This document shows positions 50,629 to 64,000 of a stretch of 64,000 nucleotides of DNA, piece after piece. The translations under genes and the position numbers were made by a program. The stretch is from Phoronis australis (Eukaryota; Animalia; Phoronida): contig NMRA01000524.1 in assembly GCA_002633005.1 (NCBI GenBank), positions 188,381 to 252,380 of the forward strand, written 5' to 3'. The notes beneath the pieces were generated by a model that was not told the origin of the DNA, searched no databases, and saw only the letters and a list, made by a program, of their open reading frames with translations. Position 1 is the first letter of the stretch. Each line of letters starts with the position of its first letter.

Positions 50629-53600
50629 AATCAATAAGTCCAGTATTGAAGGTTGTTAAGTCACTACAGCATTATTCAGATTTACAGAGTTTATGGTTGG
50701 TAGCTGTCTGATGTAATAGTATTTTGACGTTTTGTTTGAACCTTTTTGTCCTTAATTTTCTATATCTGAGTTATTTTAACGACCTTAACAGAACCAGACT
50801 GCCTTTTTGCAGTATTTAGATTTAAATGACCATATTAAGTGTCATTGGGCGATACTTACATACAATTGCTTTGACCATTTGCTTTCATATTGTTGTTGAT
50901 TCCTGTGAGAGAATTTTATACTATCAGCCGGTTCGAAATACATTGTCAATGATTCAGTGATGATTTGTCTAATACATTCCAAAAATGACTTGTGGGAAAT
51001 GTTCAATGACTTTGTAATGTTGATTTCCCAAAAGCAATATTTTAGATTTTTTTTGTATGTCTTGAGGTATGTATGATAAAAGATTAATATTATAGAAATT
51101 ACTTTCACAATGTTGTTGCTTTCCTGTGTAATTACTACAGTGTGTCTTCAAGTGACGTTGAAGAAAACATTGTGACTACGTTTTGAAAAAATCACAATAT
51201 AGCATGTGCGTTAGAACTCATCTCACTCTTTTTCAATGTCACATTTTAAACTGGACATCATGATTTCAAGATGCACAGTGAACTCAGGACCAATACTACA
51301 GAACAGAAGAGTCAAAACGTGAGTGGTGTTGCCACACTCTTCTCTCCTCTTGGGCAAACTCAGCATCATTCTTAGACTTCGCTGGCCTATTTGTTTTTTC
51401 CCTTTTCTGTCATAGTTTTGCAAAAAGATTTGACACTTGCTTTCATCTGCAACAACAGTTTGTTTACCCCTAGCTGACATGTCACATTGAACAACTCCTG
51501 GGTAAGTCTTAGTTTGGAAACCCTTGTTGGCTGTGGTTTCGTCTAAAAGTTGACGTCTGTATTTGAAAACCCTGGTAGAGTGCACCGCCACAATCATTTG
51601 ATCATGTTCTTTGAAGCTCGCCTCACAATAATTACAGTGAACTTGTTTTCTGAAAAAAAACAAAATCATTCGACAAAATATCTTCAACTAAAATAGTACG
51701 CTTGATGTACATGAAGTGCTCATGGCGACTATATGGTACTGTGCTATGCTATAGTTTAGTTTTTGATACGAAAAAAACAGTAATGACGCAAAGTACGATT
51801 AAATTATTGCACCACACTTGTTTTGTTGCCTTTTTCACGTTTTACAAGTAAAAGTTCACTATTGCGTTCCCGATCGCATTAAAAAAACNAGCTCGCCTCA
51901 CAATAATTACAGTGAACTTGTTTTCTGAAAAAAAAAATCATTCGACAAAATATCTTCAACTAAAATAGTACGCTTGATGTACATGAAGTGCTCATGGCGA
52001 CTATATGGTACTGTGCTATGCTATAGTTTAGTTTTTGATACGAAAAAAACAGTAATGACGCAAAGTACGATTAAATTATTGCACCACACTTGTTTTGTTG
52101 CCTTTTTCACGTTTTACAAGTAAAAGTTCACTATTGCGTTCCCGATCGCATTAAAAAAACACAAATTCGCGTCCCCGTTCGCTCATCATTGCCTTCTCGA
52201 TCGCTTTTTTCAATAGAAAAGTGTCGAAAAGTCAGCGATGCTGACAAAACTACGAAAAACAAGCGTTGCGTTATATTTTCATACGTCATTTCACCATAAC
52301 TTCAAAATTAATTTATTGATATAGTGCTAAAAATAACCACAATTTTCCAAAAGGACATACAAATCACCTTCGGCTTATGCGATGCTTCGGTTAACGTTAA
52401 ACTGTTCTCCAATAATTGGAAGTCACTGGCCTAAACCTCTTCCTGGCCTTCCTCAATATGTTACGCCTTGAATTCACGTCTGTTTTCATATTGAAAGTAA
52501 AAACGAAATTCATCAAATTTACTTACAACTGTCTGGCTTCGCTCCTCGCGCCAAATTTCGTTCTCGATCGCATTCTGGGCGTTTTTGATCGCGGGTTGGC
52601 CTTGGTGTTCACGCGGGACACGAAACTAGCGTGTTGGCGGACATGACACACTGGCGTTGGGTGTGCTCACACGTCACACTCATGTCCGTGGAGCTAAGAA
52701 ACTTTCAATTGAATCCCCTTTTTCCATTTTCTCGTTTTTATGATATTTACGATTTTGATACGCAGTGCTATAAAGGAAGGTTTAATGATGCTGCAAATGC
52801 AGTCGTTTGTCAAAACAAGGTAAACGGTGGTTTGAAGCACTTTAAAGAATTAAAACAGAATCATCACTGATTGCTGAAACCAAGCTCATTAGAACATCAC
52901 AGTCTAGAAATAACTTACAGAACTTATCTCAGTAATTAGTTGATATGTGTAAATTTGCACTTTTGCTCAAATGAGCATTATTATTTAGAAACAGTCGTGT
53001 GAAGCGTAAGGCCAAATTTCAAACTCCAGTCGTCCGTTATTTTTCCTGAAACAGACCTCCATTGCATAAACGTTCTACGCTCTATAACAACAACCGACCG
53101 CGTTATTATTATAATTGAACAAGTCACATGAACATTAATGTTATTTGGCGGATAAGTTTCTAAGTTTTGTGGAACCAAGACCCGGGATTTAATATTTTTG
53201 GCAATTTCCTCTTTACTTGTTGTACGAATCGATTAATATGTACTTGTCTATACTACAAATTTCGCAGATCACCGTGAACGCCAAATTCGCACTAAATGCT
53301 CCCTAGATTTAAGCTACAAACTCCAGTGTAGACTCGAAATTATAGCTTAATGATAGGGTCATAGGTTACAAAATACGATTAGACAGTCTATCCACGTCTT
53401 GAGAATGGTATAGTGACAATAAACCGAAATGTCGATTAATACAATATCTTTACTTACATATGCATTGTTTTTACAGTTCGTACTCATATTTTGGCCAAAT
53501 TGTGATAAGAAATACCATAATCGAGCACGTACCTTGAGTTCTTAAAAAACGAGAACGAAAGCTGTTCAAAACTAATTTCAAAATTAGATCCCGAAATTTT

Positions 53601-56588
53601 GCATTCTATTTTTGTGTGAAATCGAGATAAGTGTTTATTTCTCTATGCTCGATTATATCAATTGCTTACGAGGATAACTGTCTAATCCTAGTTTGAGCAT
53701 AATGACCACATCGTTGAGGCTAAAAGTTCGAATTTAAACTCAAAATTTCGAGTTTTAACTCGAAATCTCGACTTCTTACTCGAGCTTTAGGTCGACCCTA
53801 AGGGTCACCAAAAGCGAACTTGCACTAGAATCTCATTTGCATAAACTATGATGTACTAGAGCACAAAATAATAGGCGCTTACTAATACTGAGTTCGCACA
53901 AACGCCAAAAACATATAGACTAGAATTTTGCACCTTTCCATACTTATTTTATTTTATCTCTTCACATAACCATGTATCTTGCACTAGTTCACGTCCTTAT
54001 TGCTCATTGCATATTAGTGTGTCTCTTACTTACTTCTCTCTGTATATATCTACATATACATTTTTTCCATCCAAGGAATTAATCAGTCTCCTTGTTAACC
54101 TGACCTATAACGCTGATGTGGTGTTTCTTCAGATGGGCGGCGCTTTCAGCATTTGGCGTTTTTTGTCGTTCATCTTTGACATGTTAGAAAAAATAGTTTG
54201 ATATACCTATTATATTATTAGTTTTGTACATTATTACTTTATCTTACAATGAAGATTTAAACCACATTCTATTTTTCTAACTTATCAAACTGAGTCATGT
54301 AATTCATTAACATTCCACAGCCAATTGTCGTAGTATACTTCTACTGAATTGAGATTTCATTTTTTGAAATAGTTGTGTGTACTGTAAGACAAAATTTCTG
54401 ACTTAAGAGGCATGGAACGCGAAAGCTCGTCAAAAATATCTGTTAGAACATTCCTGACAAAAGTACCATCTCACAACGTCTACTACAGAGTCATTCAATT
54501 TCCCCTGTGAGGGAATTTCCAGGAAAAATCGCAAAATTCACGATTTTATAAATGCGCGCGAAAGAAAATACTCTGTAACAACCACACAGTTTCTAGTCTT
54601 CCTCCCTCTTATCACAAATGCGCGCATGCGCTCACAGTCATTCGACAAGCAGCTGACTGACAAGGAGGATATTAACGGCGGATTATCATGTGTGATCGCA
54701 ATTCGAATCCGAGGTCGACAGCACATTGTGAGATAAGCCAGTTAAACAAGAAGTTTCCCAAAGAGAATTCTATGCGCATTTTAGAGTATATTTGAATACT
54801 ACGATACCTTTGTAACTAATTTTAAACATCAATTGCTTCTTAATCGGGCTGCTCCTTGAAGACGCCAATGTTTTGATTACTTCAAATTTGAAAGGTCACG
54901 TTTTTTCATGTGAGAGAAATGTGCTACGTCTATGTCTTGCCTTACCAAATAAGGAGACGTACCATGCCTTGTGAGATAAAAATCGACGAAATGACAAGCA
55001 ATTGACAGTTCTTTCTTATGAAATTTGAAAGTAAAACAAAAATTTTTGACATCAACTGAAATTTCAATTTTTTACGAGCAAATCGTAAGAATATCTGGTG
55101 AACATATTGAATTTTGTTTCCATGGCAGAGAAGCACTTTCAATAATGCAACTTGGTGTTTTTCGCCAGGCCACCTCTTGACTCACTTTTAATGAAACAGA
55201 ACTCTGGACTAAACTACATGTATAGTCTTCCACGTGCGGTGGTTTTTCGAACAAATCTACAAAATGTCCGAACTCAAAACAGTGCACTCCTCCTATGATT
55301 TGCAAATGATAACGCGCATAACACGTGTGCTTGATATTTGCTACCCAGTGACTATAACAAATAGTCACGATGATCTAAAAATAAAGGTCGGCGATTAATT
55401 AACCGAAAAAGCAAACTGACCAAAAGATGGCGCGTAACAAGGGGAAGTATAGTAAACTGTAGTTTATTAGCTGAATGTCTGGGATGGGAAACTATTCTGG
55501 TGTCAGGAACAGGACGCAGTAGCTTTTTAAATTTCATGGCTCACGAATTTCAGTTATCCAAGGTCTGGGGGCCGCCTTCCGTGTTATACCCGCGGCGCGC
55601 AGCCGAGTTCTCCGTCGGGATTCAGGTGTACGGTAGGATATACGAAGGCAACTGACTGAATATAATCGTTTCTTTACTTTAATCTCAATTAAAATTAAAT
55701 TATACTATTTGCGACATATCAAGCATTATTTCTGAAGTTATTTCTCATGTTGTTACATTCTAAGAGCGAATGCCTCTCTTACTGTTCAACCCAAGTCGTT
55801 AGAGATACCCAGTGGGAAATTGGAAATCTATTTACTAAATCCAAATTGCAGTGTTCGCCCTACTCTTCCAAAATTGGGGTCCAATGGACCCACCTTCCAA
55901 TATTTTTAGGGTCCGTTTGAAGTTTTTGGGGTCCATGAAACTTATAGTCCCGAAATCTTTAAAAACACACTCGCAAAGTATGAAATAAGCTTTTACTTTT
56001 CATAATATTCGTGTGTTTCGACGCCATTTTTGTGACTCTGTTATTGAATCTACTCCCTATAGGACCAATTGTAACAGGATATTCTGGCCAATATTGTGAT
56101 GACTTACTTACGGAGTAACGATGTCACGTGTTCGGCTTCGGAAATGAAACAATCTAGATGTGCTGTTATGAACGAATTTAGGTACGGTATGGTAATCAAA
56201 GAAGAGAATCAAACAATTTTCAATTGTTTTTAGCTCTATTTATCACAAGCTTGGAACAAAAAGTTTCGTCTAAGGTGACGCCCTCATTTACGTCTTTCAC
56301 ACGAGTTTGGTTGTTTCAAACGACGGCAAAACACAGCCTCGAGCGAACAATGAAAGTAGATTCAAATTTCAGAATTTTCTGTCTCCACTTGCCTGCAGTT
56401 TGCAATTCACGATCACCGGCAATAATGGGTGCTTTTTAATCCCGCTAAAACACCCATCGGTCTTCACCCGGAGTCTTCGCCTTTGCCGCCGTCTGCGTTA
56501 TTTTTCATATTTTTCCATTCGATTTTTTATTTCAATATTTTCGACTACAGTCTGAATGTCATTAAGTAATGTATGCAATTTTACTTAA

Positions 56589-56940
56589 AGGGGTACTAAG
56601 CCCGGTTCTGGCCTTATGAACAGATGTTAAACACGACGTCCCTATCTTTAGTGTTCTGAAACAAATAATGCTCTGTAACCCTCGACGACCTCAATGTATC
56701 GAGCAAAATTTGAAAATATCTTGCAAAAAGTCTTCTAAACAGGGAAACGTGACCTACACTTTAGGCGAGTTACACAACTGCAGGAAAGGCCACCCACCAA
56801 GAACCACGTGACAAAGAAAGTACAAGTATGAGTTTTTATTAGAAACCTGCTTTTATCACTCAAGTGGGACGCCAATGGTGCATTAGCAGGTTGCAGAACG
56901 AGGATTAGTTGAAATCACCAAAACGGGGCCAAGCATCCTT
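56589..56940. mobile_element. TTAA-flanked non-autonomous Kolobok-like element
   Basis: TTAA|AGGGGTACTAAGCCCGGTTCTGG vs the reverse complement of the right end, TTAA|AAGGATGCTTGGCCCCGTTTTGG. Confidence 0.65.
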
Positions 56941-57680
56941 TTAATTATTCAGATATTGTATGGTTGTTGTTAGGTCAAAGTCAAACGCATTTACCACAGC
57001 CGAATAGATAGCCTTATCTATTCAATGGTCCATGAATGAATCACACTTTAGACTTCGCAGTAAATCTAAAGTGTCCGAGTGTCACTTAGATTCAAATAGT
57101 GCCACGCGCGGCTTTTTAAGAAAAAAAAAAAGTAGACAGCAGTATTAAAATAAAGTACTTAAAACAGGTATGAAACATCTTTAAAGCCAACGTTCCTTTG
57201 GGAAGTGGCCCTTTGTCAAGATCAACGCAAATTAACTTTTTAGTCTGTAATATTTAAAATGTACCAAGTTAAAACTGCTCTCCACATTACAGCCTTTACC
57301 TCTGTGCAAATGCCACAGTAAAACAAGTTGGGTGTAATAACTACCACCATTGATAAGAAAGTAGTTTTTTTCGGGGGGAGGGGGAATCAGAGCCATGACC
57401 AGTGTAAGCAAGAAATTATCCACATGATATCCAGGTTTAGGAGCCTTTTAAATAACACGCTTCGTTGCCTTGAACATGTGCATTGCATTTGCTCATCATT
57501 GGCATGGCAAAGAAAATAACTGTGGTGCGTAGACATTCTTATTATTAAACTTCCAAATGTACATTAGAAGTAAAACTAAACTTGAAATTCATCTGCCACG
57601 TCTTTGACTTGAAGATTACCAGTGTGCAATTCTAGATAATATTCTGAAAGATAAAGAAACTTTATGTGGTCAAAAGGTAA

Positions 57681-58753
57681 CAACAAGTCGACAATAGATG
57701 CTCAACTGCCAAATTTTATGAAAATCCGTTGATGACCTTTTAAGATACAGAAGTGAACGTAAAAAAATTAAAATTGCCACTAGGGGACATACCGGTAGCC
57801 CATACGTCCGAAAGTCATCATCCTCTGTTGCCAACTTACCAAATACACCAGCAAAATTCAATAAAGATCCTGTAGAGCATTTAGGAGATACAGCCATAGG
57901 AGCAAAAATAAACAAAACTGCCACTAGGAGGAGCCATAGTTGTCCAAGTCAGAGGACGCCAAAACCCGGACTCGAAAACAGTAAAAATGGCCACCAGGTG
58001 GCGCAAAGTACCCCAAATCCGTCTGAAAACGGAAAGATCACATCATCTCACTAATAGATGCCTAACTGCCAAATTTTAAGAAAATCCACCGAGGACCTCC
58101 AAATCTACAGAAGGCAGGGTAAAAAAATTATAATTGCCACTAGGGGGTACACCAGTAGTCCAAGACGTTCCAAACTCGTTGTCATCCGTCGTCAGCTTCT
58201 TGGATACACATCTTCCAAACTAAGATCCTGTGAGGGTTTAGGGAGACGCCACAGTTGTCGAAGTGGTCGGAAAATCATCGTCAGTCGTCCTCTTCACAGT
58301 AAGGCCACAATATACCAATTTTCAAAATCATCGCTAGTAGAGCGGTTTGGTTGACAGAACGGCGGACGCCAACTAAAAACGGAATCAAAAACAGTAAAAC
58401 TGGCCACTAGATGGCGCAAAGTACCTCGAATCCGACCGAAAATGGGAAGATGGCATCACCTCGCTAATAGATGCCTAACTGCCAAATTATATGAAAATCC
58501 GTTAAGGACCTCCGAAGATACAAAGGTAAGCGTAAAAAACTAAATTGCCACTAGGGGGCACACCGGTGGTCGGAGAGATCCGAAATTCGTCGTCGTCCGT
58601 CGTCAGCTTCATAGAAACACATCTGCCAAATCTCATTAAGATCCTCTGAAGGGTTTAGGAGATAGTGCTGCGGACGCCCGACGACGGACGCCGGACGCCC
58701 AGACAGAGATGACGGCAATATGCGATCACATATAAACATGTGGGCGCATAAAA
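57681..58753 (-). mobile_element. HINE/DINE-like element with internal ~370-410 bp tandem units
   Basis: Its terminus matches 50280-50350 (ggacgcc...gacagagatgacggcaatatgcgatcacatataaacatgtgggcgcataaaa). The blocks aatagatgcctaactgccaaatt and ccactaggggg recur near 57693, 58053 and 58466. Confidence 0.7.
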
Positions 58754-59739
58754 ATTAGTATAATGTTCCATATCAAATACTTTCCGTTGATGAACATATT
58801 CTTTGTAGGAAACACAACCAGGCAAAAAGAAAAGTTACGCATCACGAATATGGTAAAGTAGAAGTGCTTTTGCTCATTATAAAAGAAACTAAAAATGAAT
58901 ATCATTGTAGCTTCTGACAGAAATAAGCCAGATGAATGTAACAAAAGAAGCAATAACACCAAATGAAGAAGAAGTTAATGAAAAGCAAAAGGTTTAGACA
59001 AAGCCATGGCATGCAGTGAGTCTATCAGGTTAGACACAAAATTACTAGACTGTCAGCAATAAGATGAAGTAATAATTACATGTTATTAACATTAGTTAAA
59101 TGCTGTATTGACCAAGTGTTCCTTTGTATGGTATGTACTAAAAATGACTTTGATTAATGAGAAGATGGTTTAACTATTTGGAAGAGCAAATTATATCCGA
59201 TTACACAGAGCATTTATTCAATCCTAGTTCGAGTATGATACTGAATATGATAGCTGAACCTGTTTGTCTAAATGCTCCTACTCATACTCTGAAGTTCCAT
59301 TATGGTATTGGCAGATTCATCAAAGTGATCTTAAAAAGAGTGAAGCAGGAGACAAAATGATGATACTTCCAGGAACACTACTTGATACATTCATATACTT
59401 ACTTAACCAGTCGTGGTAGAAGAGAAGACACAAGTATAGCTCCATCAAATATTTTCCCGAAATTACAAGCTCTTTTTAAAAATGTAATTGCCCCTTACAG
59501 GTGCATGACATTTGACAAAAATCAAAGAGGAGCAGTCTTAATTAAAAGAGAAGCATGTGAGTGCATTAAAGGACCTCCTTGCAGTCCTTCAAAATTTTAA
59601 TCATTACTAAAAGGTTATACCTTTTGAGTATTGCCGCGAATTTAAAACAAATATTGCCATTGCACTCAGATTGCTAATCCAAATTCCAGAATGATGAAGA
59701 CATTATTTTGTGTGAATCGTCATTCCGACTAAGATGGCA

Positions 59740-60800
59740 GCCAGATTACTGCATACTGACTGGTAGTGATACGTCAAATTCATCCCAAAATGCAAAGAAG
59801 CGATCACCAACGTAACAGAAAGTTGTAAACCACAATAAAAGCTATCAAAGAACTCTGAAGATACAGATAAAAGCATAAAAAATAAAATTGCCCACAAAGA
59901 TCCTAAGAAGGTTAAGAAGACATAACCGTAAACAGAATAAAAGCCACTAGGGGACGTCAAAGTAGTGGAACTCGTCTGACTATCAACGTCAGTCGTGCCC
60001 ATCTCATAAGAAACAGATCTGCCAATTTTCACAACGATCCTCCACGTGGTTGGCGGATAGAGAGTTAGACGCCAAAATGGGCTTAAAAATGTTACAATTC
60101 CGCCAAGGAGGCGCATGATACATAAAATCTGTCCCAAAATAAAAAAGGCATTTTCGTCACCCTAAGACAAACGTTTGGTCAAGTTCCATGAAAACCCATC
60201 AATTAAACATACACAGGAAATTTAAAAACAGCAAAACTGCCACTAGGGGCAGATTGGAACGAAACTCGTCATCATCTGTTGTCAACTCCATAGAAACACA
60301 TGGCCATATTTCACAAAGTTCCTGCATAGGATTACGGAGGTACAGCCGTAGACACAAAATGAAACAAAATCTCCACTAGGAGGCATCAGAATAGTCAAAC
60401 ACACCCGAAACTTAACGTCAACTACGCTCTCATAAGAAATACATCACCCAATTTTCATAACGATCCTACAATCTGTTTGGCAGATAGAAAGACCGTCGCC
60501 AAAAACGAACTCGAACATAAAAGACGGCTACAAGGTGGCGCAGAATCGTCAAAGACATACGAAAGTGTAAAGGTGTCGTCGCCTTCATAATAAAAATCTG
60601 TTTGCCTATTTCATGTAAATCTATCCAAGGATGATGAAGATAAAGAGGCAACCGTAAAAAATTAAAACTGCCACTAAGGGGACAGCGGTAGTCGGATCGG
60701 TCCGAAATCATCCGTTGTCACAGTGATAGAAACTGACCTGCCAAATCTCGTGACCTTGCAAGAGGTTGAGGAGATACAGCTGCGGACGCCCGGACAATTC
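59740..60800 (-). mobile_element. Truncated copy of the same HINE-like family
   Basis: 59740-60142 is almost identical to 48863-49253. It carries ccactagg units and a cggacgcccggac end. Confidence 0.65.
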
Positions 60801-61799
60801 CAGTGTTCAGTACAATGTTCGGTTTGAAAGAGGCGAGATACTTCTGACGTTCTAGTAGTTTTAATTTTGTGAGTATTGCCCAGCAGACCAGTACAGTGAA
60901 GTTTCCGGGATATATTCAAAGATATACTTAACCACTCGCCCAATGCAAGTGAAAATGGTGCTGGGCGAGTAGAAGTTGACTTGCCGGTCGCCCAGGGGGC
61001 GAGTGAATTTTCAGAGCGCAAAGGCACTATATCGTTTCCCAGATGAACATGAATAAATTTTCTCCTCCTTGTGCTGTTTTTATTATGAATCTAAGGTTCA
61101 AATTGGTGAGAGTGTCGATGCTCCCGCAGTAAAACACATCGAGCAGTGCGTTCCTACCGATTCAATAGAGGTCACACGTTACGCGATTCGTCTAGACAAA
61201 AGATCAGTGTGTGGTCGTGCACAAAAGAATTTGTGGACTAGTCCGAAACGAAGAAACGAGAGGAAAGGCGGAAGACCGACCCATGAGCTCAAAGCAAGTG
61301 AAATACTATATTTCTTGGAAATGATTTCTTATTGTAATGTACAATGTTATTTTAGCCAAAATTATTTTATAAATAATAACATTCGTCCCAATGAGCGCCC
61401 AAGCCCCTATAAGCGCCCACCCTCGTTTTCAGATGTCGTTAAAATAAGCGCCCAGTCCATGAACGTGTACATGCCTCACCCACAGTTCTAAAATTCTACA
61501 GTCACGTCTTCAATTCATCAATGATATCCGACAGTCCTGAAAAATCATAGTGTGCGGAATTTCTAGACCAAGAGTCTCGCCGCTATGTCGGTATTTAGCC
61601 GTGGCTGTACACTTCAAACTTCCGCAGTGCTTCAAAAGGAACGCAAAAGTCTCGCTGATCTTGCGAGGAACGTGTCCCACTATGGTCATGCCTTTCAGAA
61701 CAGACGCAGGGTACTTGTCAACGGATTTTATTATATCTTTCCCGTACAGATATCACCCCAGCCAACCCGCGATCGAGAACGCACGGATAAGGCGATCGA

Positions 61800-62790
61800 G
61801 AACGGGACCTTGCACCAAAAATGGCAGCCGACAGAGACGTGCCTGGCGAGTTTAAGTGTCATTTCTGCTTAAATAGAGGCTACTTTGACACAAATGATGC
61901 ACACAGACAAGCGTTAGAGTGTAACCTTTGTTGTGGATCTGAAATAATACTTGGCTTTTGCTTATTTTTTAAAATAAAGAGCTCAGCTTTCGATAAAATG
62001 CCTTGCGCCTCGTGAAATCGACAATTTCTACTTGTTATTAGTAATTCCACGATTTTTAAGAAGAGATGTGTGAAATTTATAGTTTAATCGTCCCTGGTGA
62101 CACCTTTGTTAGTGATTTGTGAAACAATTTGAGATATTTACCAAAACAAGCAGGTCCGTGTGTGAGACGGCGATCGGGAACGAAGTCGTTTATTCTCTAT
62201 GGCGATCGTGAACGCACATTTTTTTCTCTGCGTTGGCCCAATTAGTCGTTCAAGTTACGGTATAATGTCAATAATTTTGGTATAACACGGAGCCTGACTT
62301 AGTTGATTATTGTGTTTTTTCATGATTTCTAAGTGAGATTTATCCTAACAAACATAGGTTAACTGAATGCGTTTGGTTTTTTTCAGTTGAATTGTAACCA
62401 CATCACGTGTCCTTCAAGGTGTTAACTTTCACGCCTTCAAAAAAGAGTAGTACAGCTGCTGCATGTCAAAAAGGAGTGCGTGTGTATGTTGTGGAGCTTC
62501 GTTTAGGAACTAAGAAATTGACTTAGAATGACCACATGGCAATAAAACACAGTGACCCACTACAACAAGCAAGACCTTTAACAGCCCTGTGATTGACGCG
62601 TTGCATGTGTCAAGAGTTTTTTACCAATATAGGAAAACACAACATGAAGCACCATGCTCGGGAACCAAGTCGATTCAGTGTCCTATCTGTGATCAATGTT
62701 TCACGGAAAGAGTGAGCCTGACGAGACACTGTGTCACAGCACGAGGACACTCCCTTTTTGTGGTGAATGTGGCATGTCATAAAAAACAGT
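61800..62790 (+). pseudogene. Second, uninterrupted copy of the TE-borne C2H2 zinc-finger gene (decayed)
   Basis: Colinear with 47925-48663 plus 50351-50600. ATG at 61821, and CPICDQCFTERVSLTRH lies in ORF 62589-62936. Confidence 0.65.
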
Positions 62791-62954
62791 GGAGGTGGTC
62801 TGATGTCATTTGCGGTGCATCAGACGTGCGCAGGTCTCATGGTTGGGCCCATTGCACAAAACACCTAAGCAAAAGCACCAGAGCCCAATTACGGCTCCTT
62901 GTGAAGAAACTTTTCAAGTCTACCAGTCTCCTTTAGGAAAACGGACAGACGTTT

Positions 62955-63258
62955 CTATTTGTTGCCATGCACTATATGTTGTAGGCATGTAACAGTGCTA
63001 TCCAGTAGGTTGCTCCTTAGCCTATAAAAAGCTGGGCAAGACTCTACCAGGTGTTTAGGAGATTCTACGTCAGTACCACACTCGGGACACACAGGGCTCC
63101 CCATATGCCCAGTAATGTGTCTGTGTCGGGCTAGGTTGCAGTGGCCCGTCAAAATTTGAATGACGTGTCTTATACCCAATCTATCTAGACTCAGAAGGCT
63201 TTTTGAACCTTTTGGTTCGATTACGTATGTAAAATTCTCCTTGGTCTCTCTGCAGGAG
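62955..63258 (-). mobile_element. 3' fragment of an RNase H-type non-LTR retrotransposon ORF2 (I/Loa/R1-like C-terminal CCHC region)
   Basis: CRETK...LLSLDRLGIRHVIQILTGHCNLARHRH...SPVCPECGTDVESPKHLVESCPAF shows the LTGH and CxxC...HLxxxCP signature. It is cut by the TTAA insertion at 63259. Confidence 0.85.
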
Positions 63259-63262
63259 TTAA

Positions 63263-63455
63263 AGGCGAAGGCAACCCTTTTTCATGTCTCTTTTAGCAAA
63301 AATAAGGTTCGTTGATTATCAAAGACATATTTTCCACTTAATTACAACTTTTCGTAATTTAATTAATTATTCGTTCCCTACTCCGGAAGTGACGTTTTGG
63401 GAGGCAACCATTTCGCGCCAATTTCTTTTCATATAGTCTGACTGTGAGAGCTGCA
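63263..63455 (+). mobile_element. One end of a second Kolobok copy (same family as 29315-30701); other end not seen
   Basis: TTAA|AGGCGAAGGCAACC... matches the reverse complement of ~30508-30701, then diverges. Confidence 0.85.
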
Positions 63456-64000
63456 GACTTCAAAACAAACGTCACGTTACAACAACATGTGTGTTCGTCC
63501 ATTTTTTTCGTGTTGCGAGGTGCGATCTAGCGCAAATTTGGACTTAATCTGCGGTAAATCCCGACTCCACAGGAACTTAAAAATCTTAGGGGCGCTATTT
63601 GTAAAACTTAAGGAGTGTTCAGGTAATTTATTGAGTCGAAACTGTACTTTTACTCAAGAATTCAAGTTGAGTTATCGGTGATCGCGAGACAGCGACGCAT
63701 TAGTTTTCGCCCTGGGATTTCCATTCAGCACATTTTTTAAAAAAAGATCGTAATTTAACAACAAAATTTGATAGCAATGCACCACAGTTTTGTAGAAAGT
63801 CTGTCATAGGTTACAGATGCGACACAGCGCGTAAATTTTGATGAATCCTAGCTTCCGATTTCACCCGTTTCAGTCGGAGACCGGGTTTCAACCGCCTTAG
63901 GCTAAAACAAGCGCCCCCTTCCGAAACGAATTTTTCTAAGGACGATGAGCCCTTATTGGGGTGAATACGGTAGCCCCTAATAGATGGTGACATCAACGCA

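Larger units (their letters stand above)
47683..52841. mobile_element. Large decayed TTAA-type (Kolobok-like) element carrying C2H2 zinc-finger remnants and a nested HINE
   Basis: Both ends match the two halves of 32659-33255. The right end is GGTGGTTTGAAGCACT|TTAA. The left TSD is degenerate (CTAA). Confidence 0.6.

Noticed and set aside
51616-52160. Near-exact ~272-bp tandem duplication
   Set aside because: The two copies are separated by a single N at 51889, so this is most likely an unmerged contig overlap.
59157-59600. Two short adjacent + strand ORFs
   Set aside because: No recognisable domain or splice signals. Possibly decayed coding DNA, but unsupported.

Overview
AT-rich, intron-rich animal (invertebrate-like) genomic DNA with two assembly gaps (29448-30353, 49589-50278) and three single-N joins. 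The ORF track misses most real genes because they are spliced. (1) Minus strand: the 5' half of a cytosolic carboxypeptidase gene (AGBL2/AGBL3, CCP2/Nna1 type). Seven phase-compatible GT-AG exons lie between 27950 and 622, and the gene continues off the left edge. (2) An intronless antisense USP (peptidase C19) domain at 11516-12397 sits inside one of its introns. The catalytic triad is intact, but there is no usable ATG before the catalytic Cys. (3) Plus strand: a three-exon RPL39 gene (36186-40745) with a ribosomal-protein-type promoter. Intron 2 hosts a U27/SNORD27-like C/D snoRNA, and intron 1 holds a weaker H/ACA candidate. (4) An intronless type-I membrane protein gene (46350-47453): TSP1-like, F-type lectin, kringle, TM, and an FDDPW tail. 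(5) Many mobile elements: TTAA-flanked Kolobok-type elements (one with a THAP ORF, one large copy carrying a decayed C2H2 zinc-finger gene), hAT and Harbinger MITEs with target-site duplications, Helentron-associated (DINE/HINE-like) elements, LINE remnants and tRNA-like repeats. All calls were made by eye. Family assignments rest on recalled motifs, not database searches.
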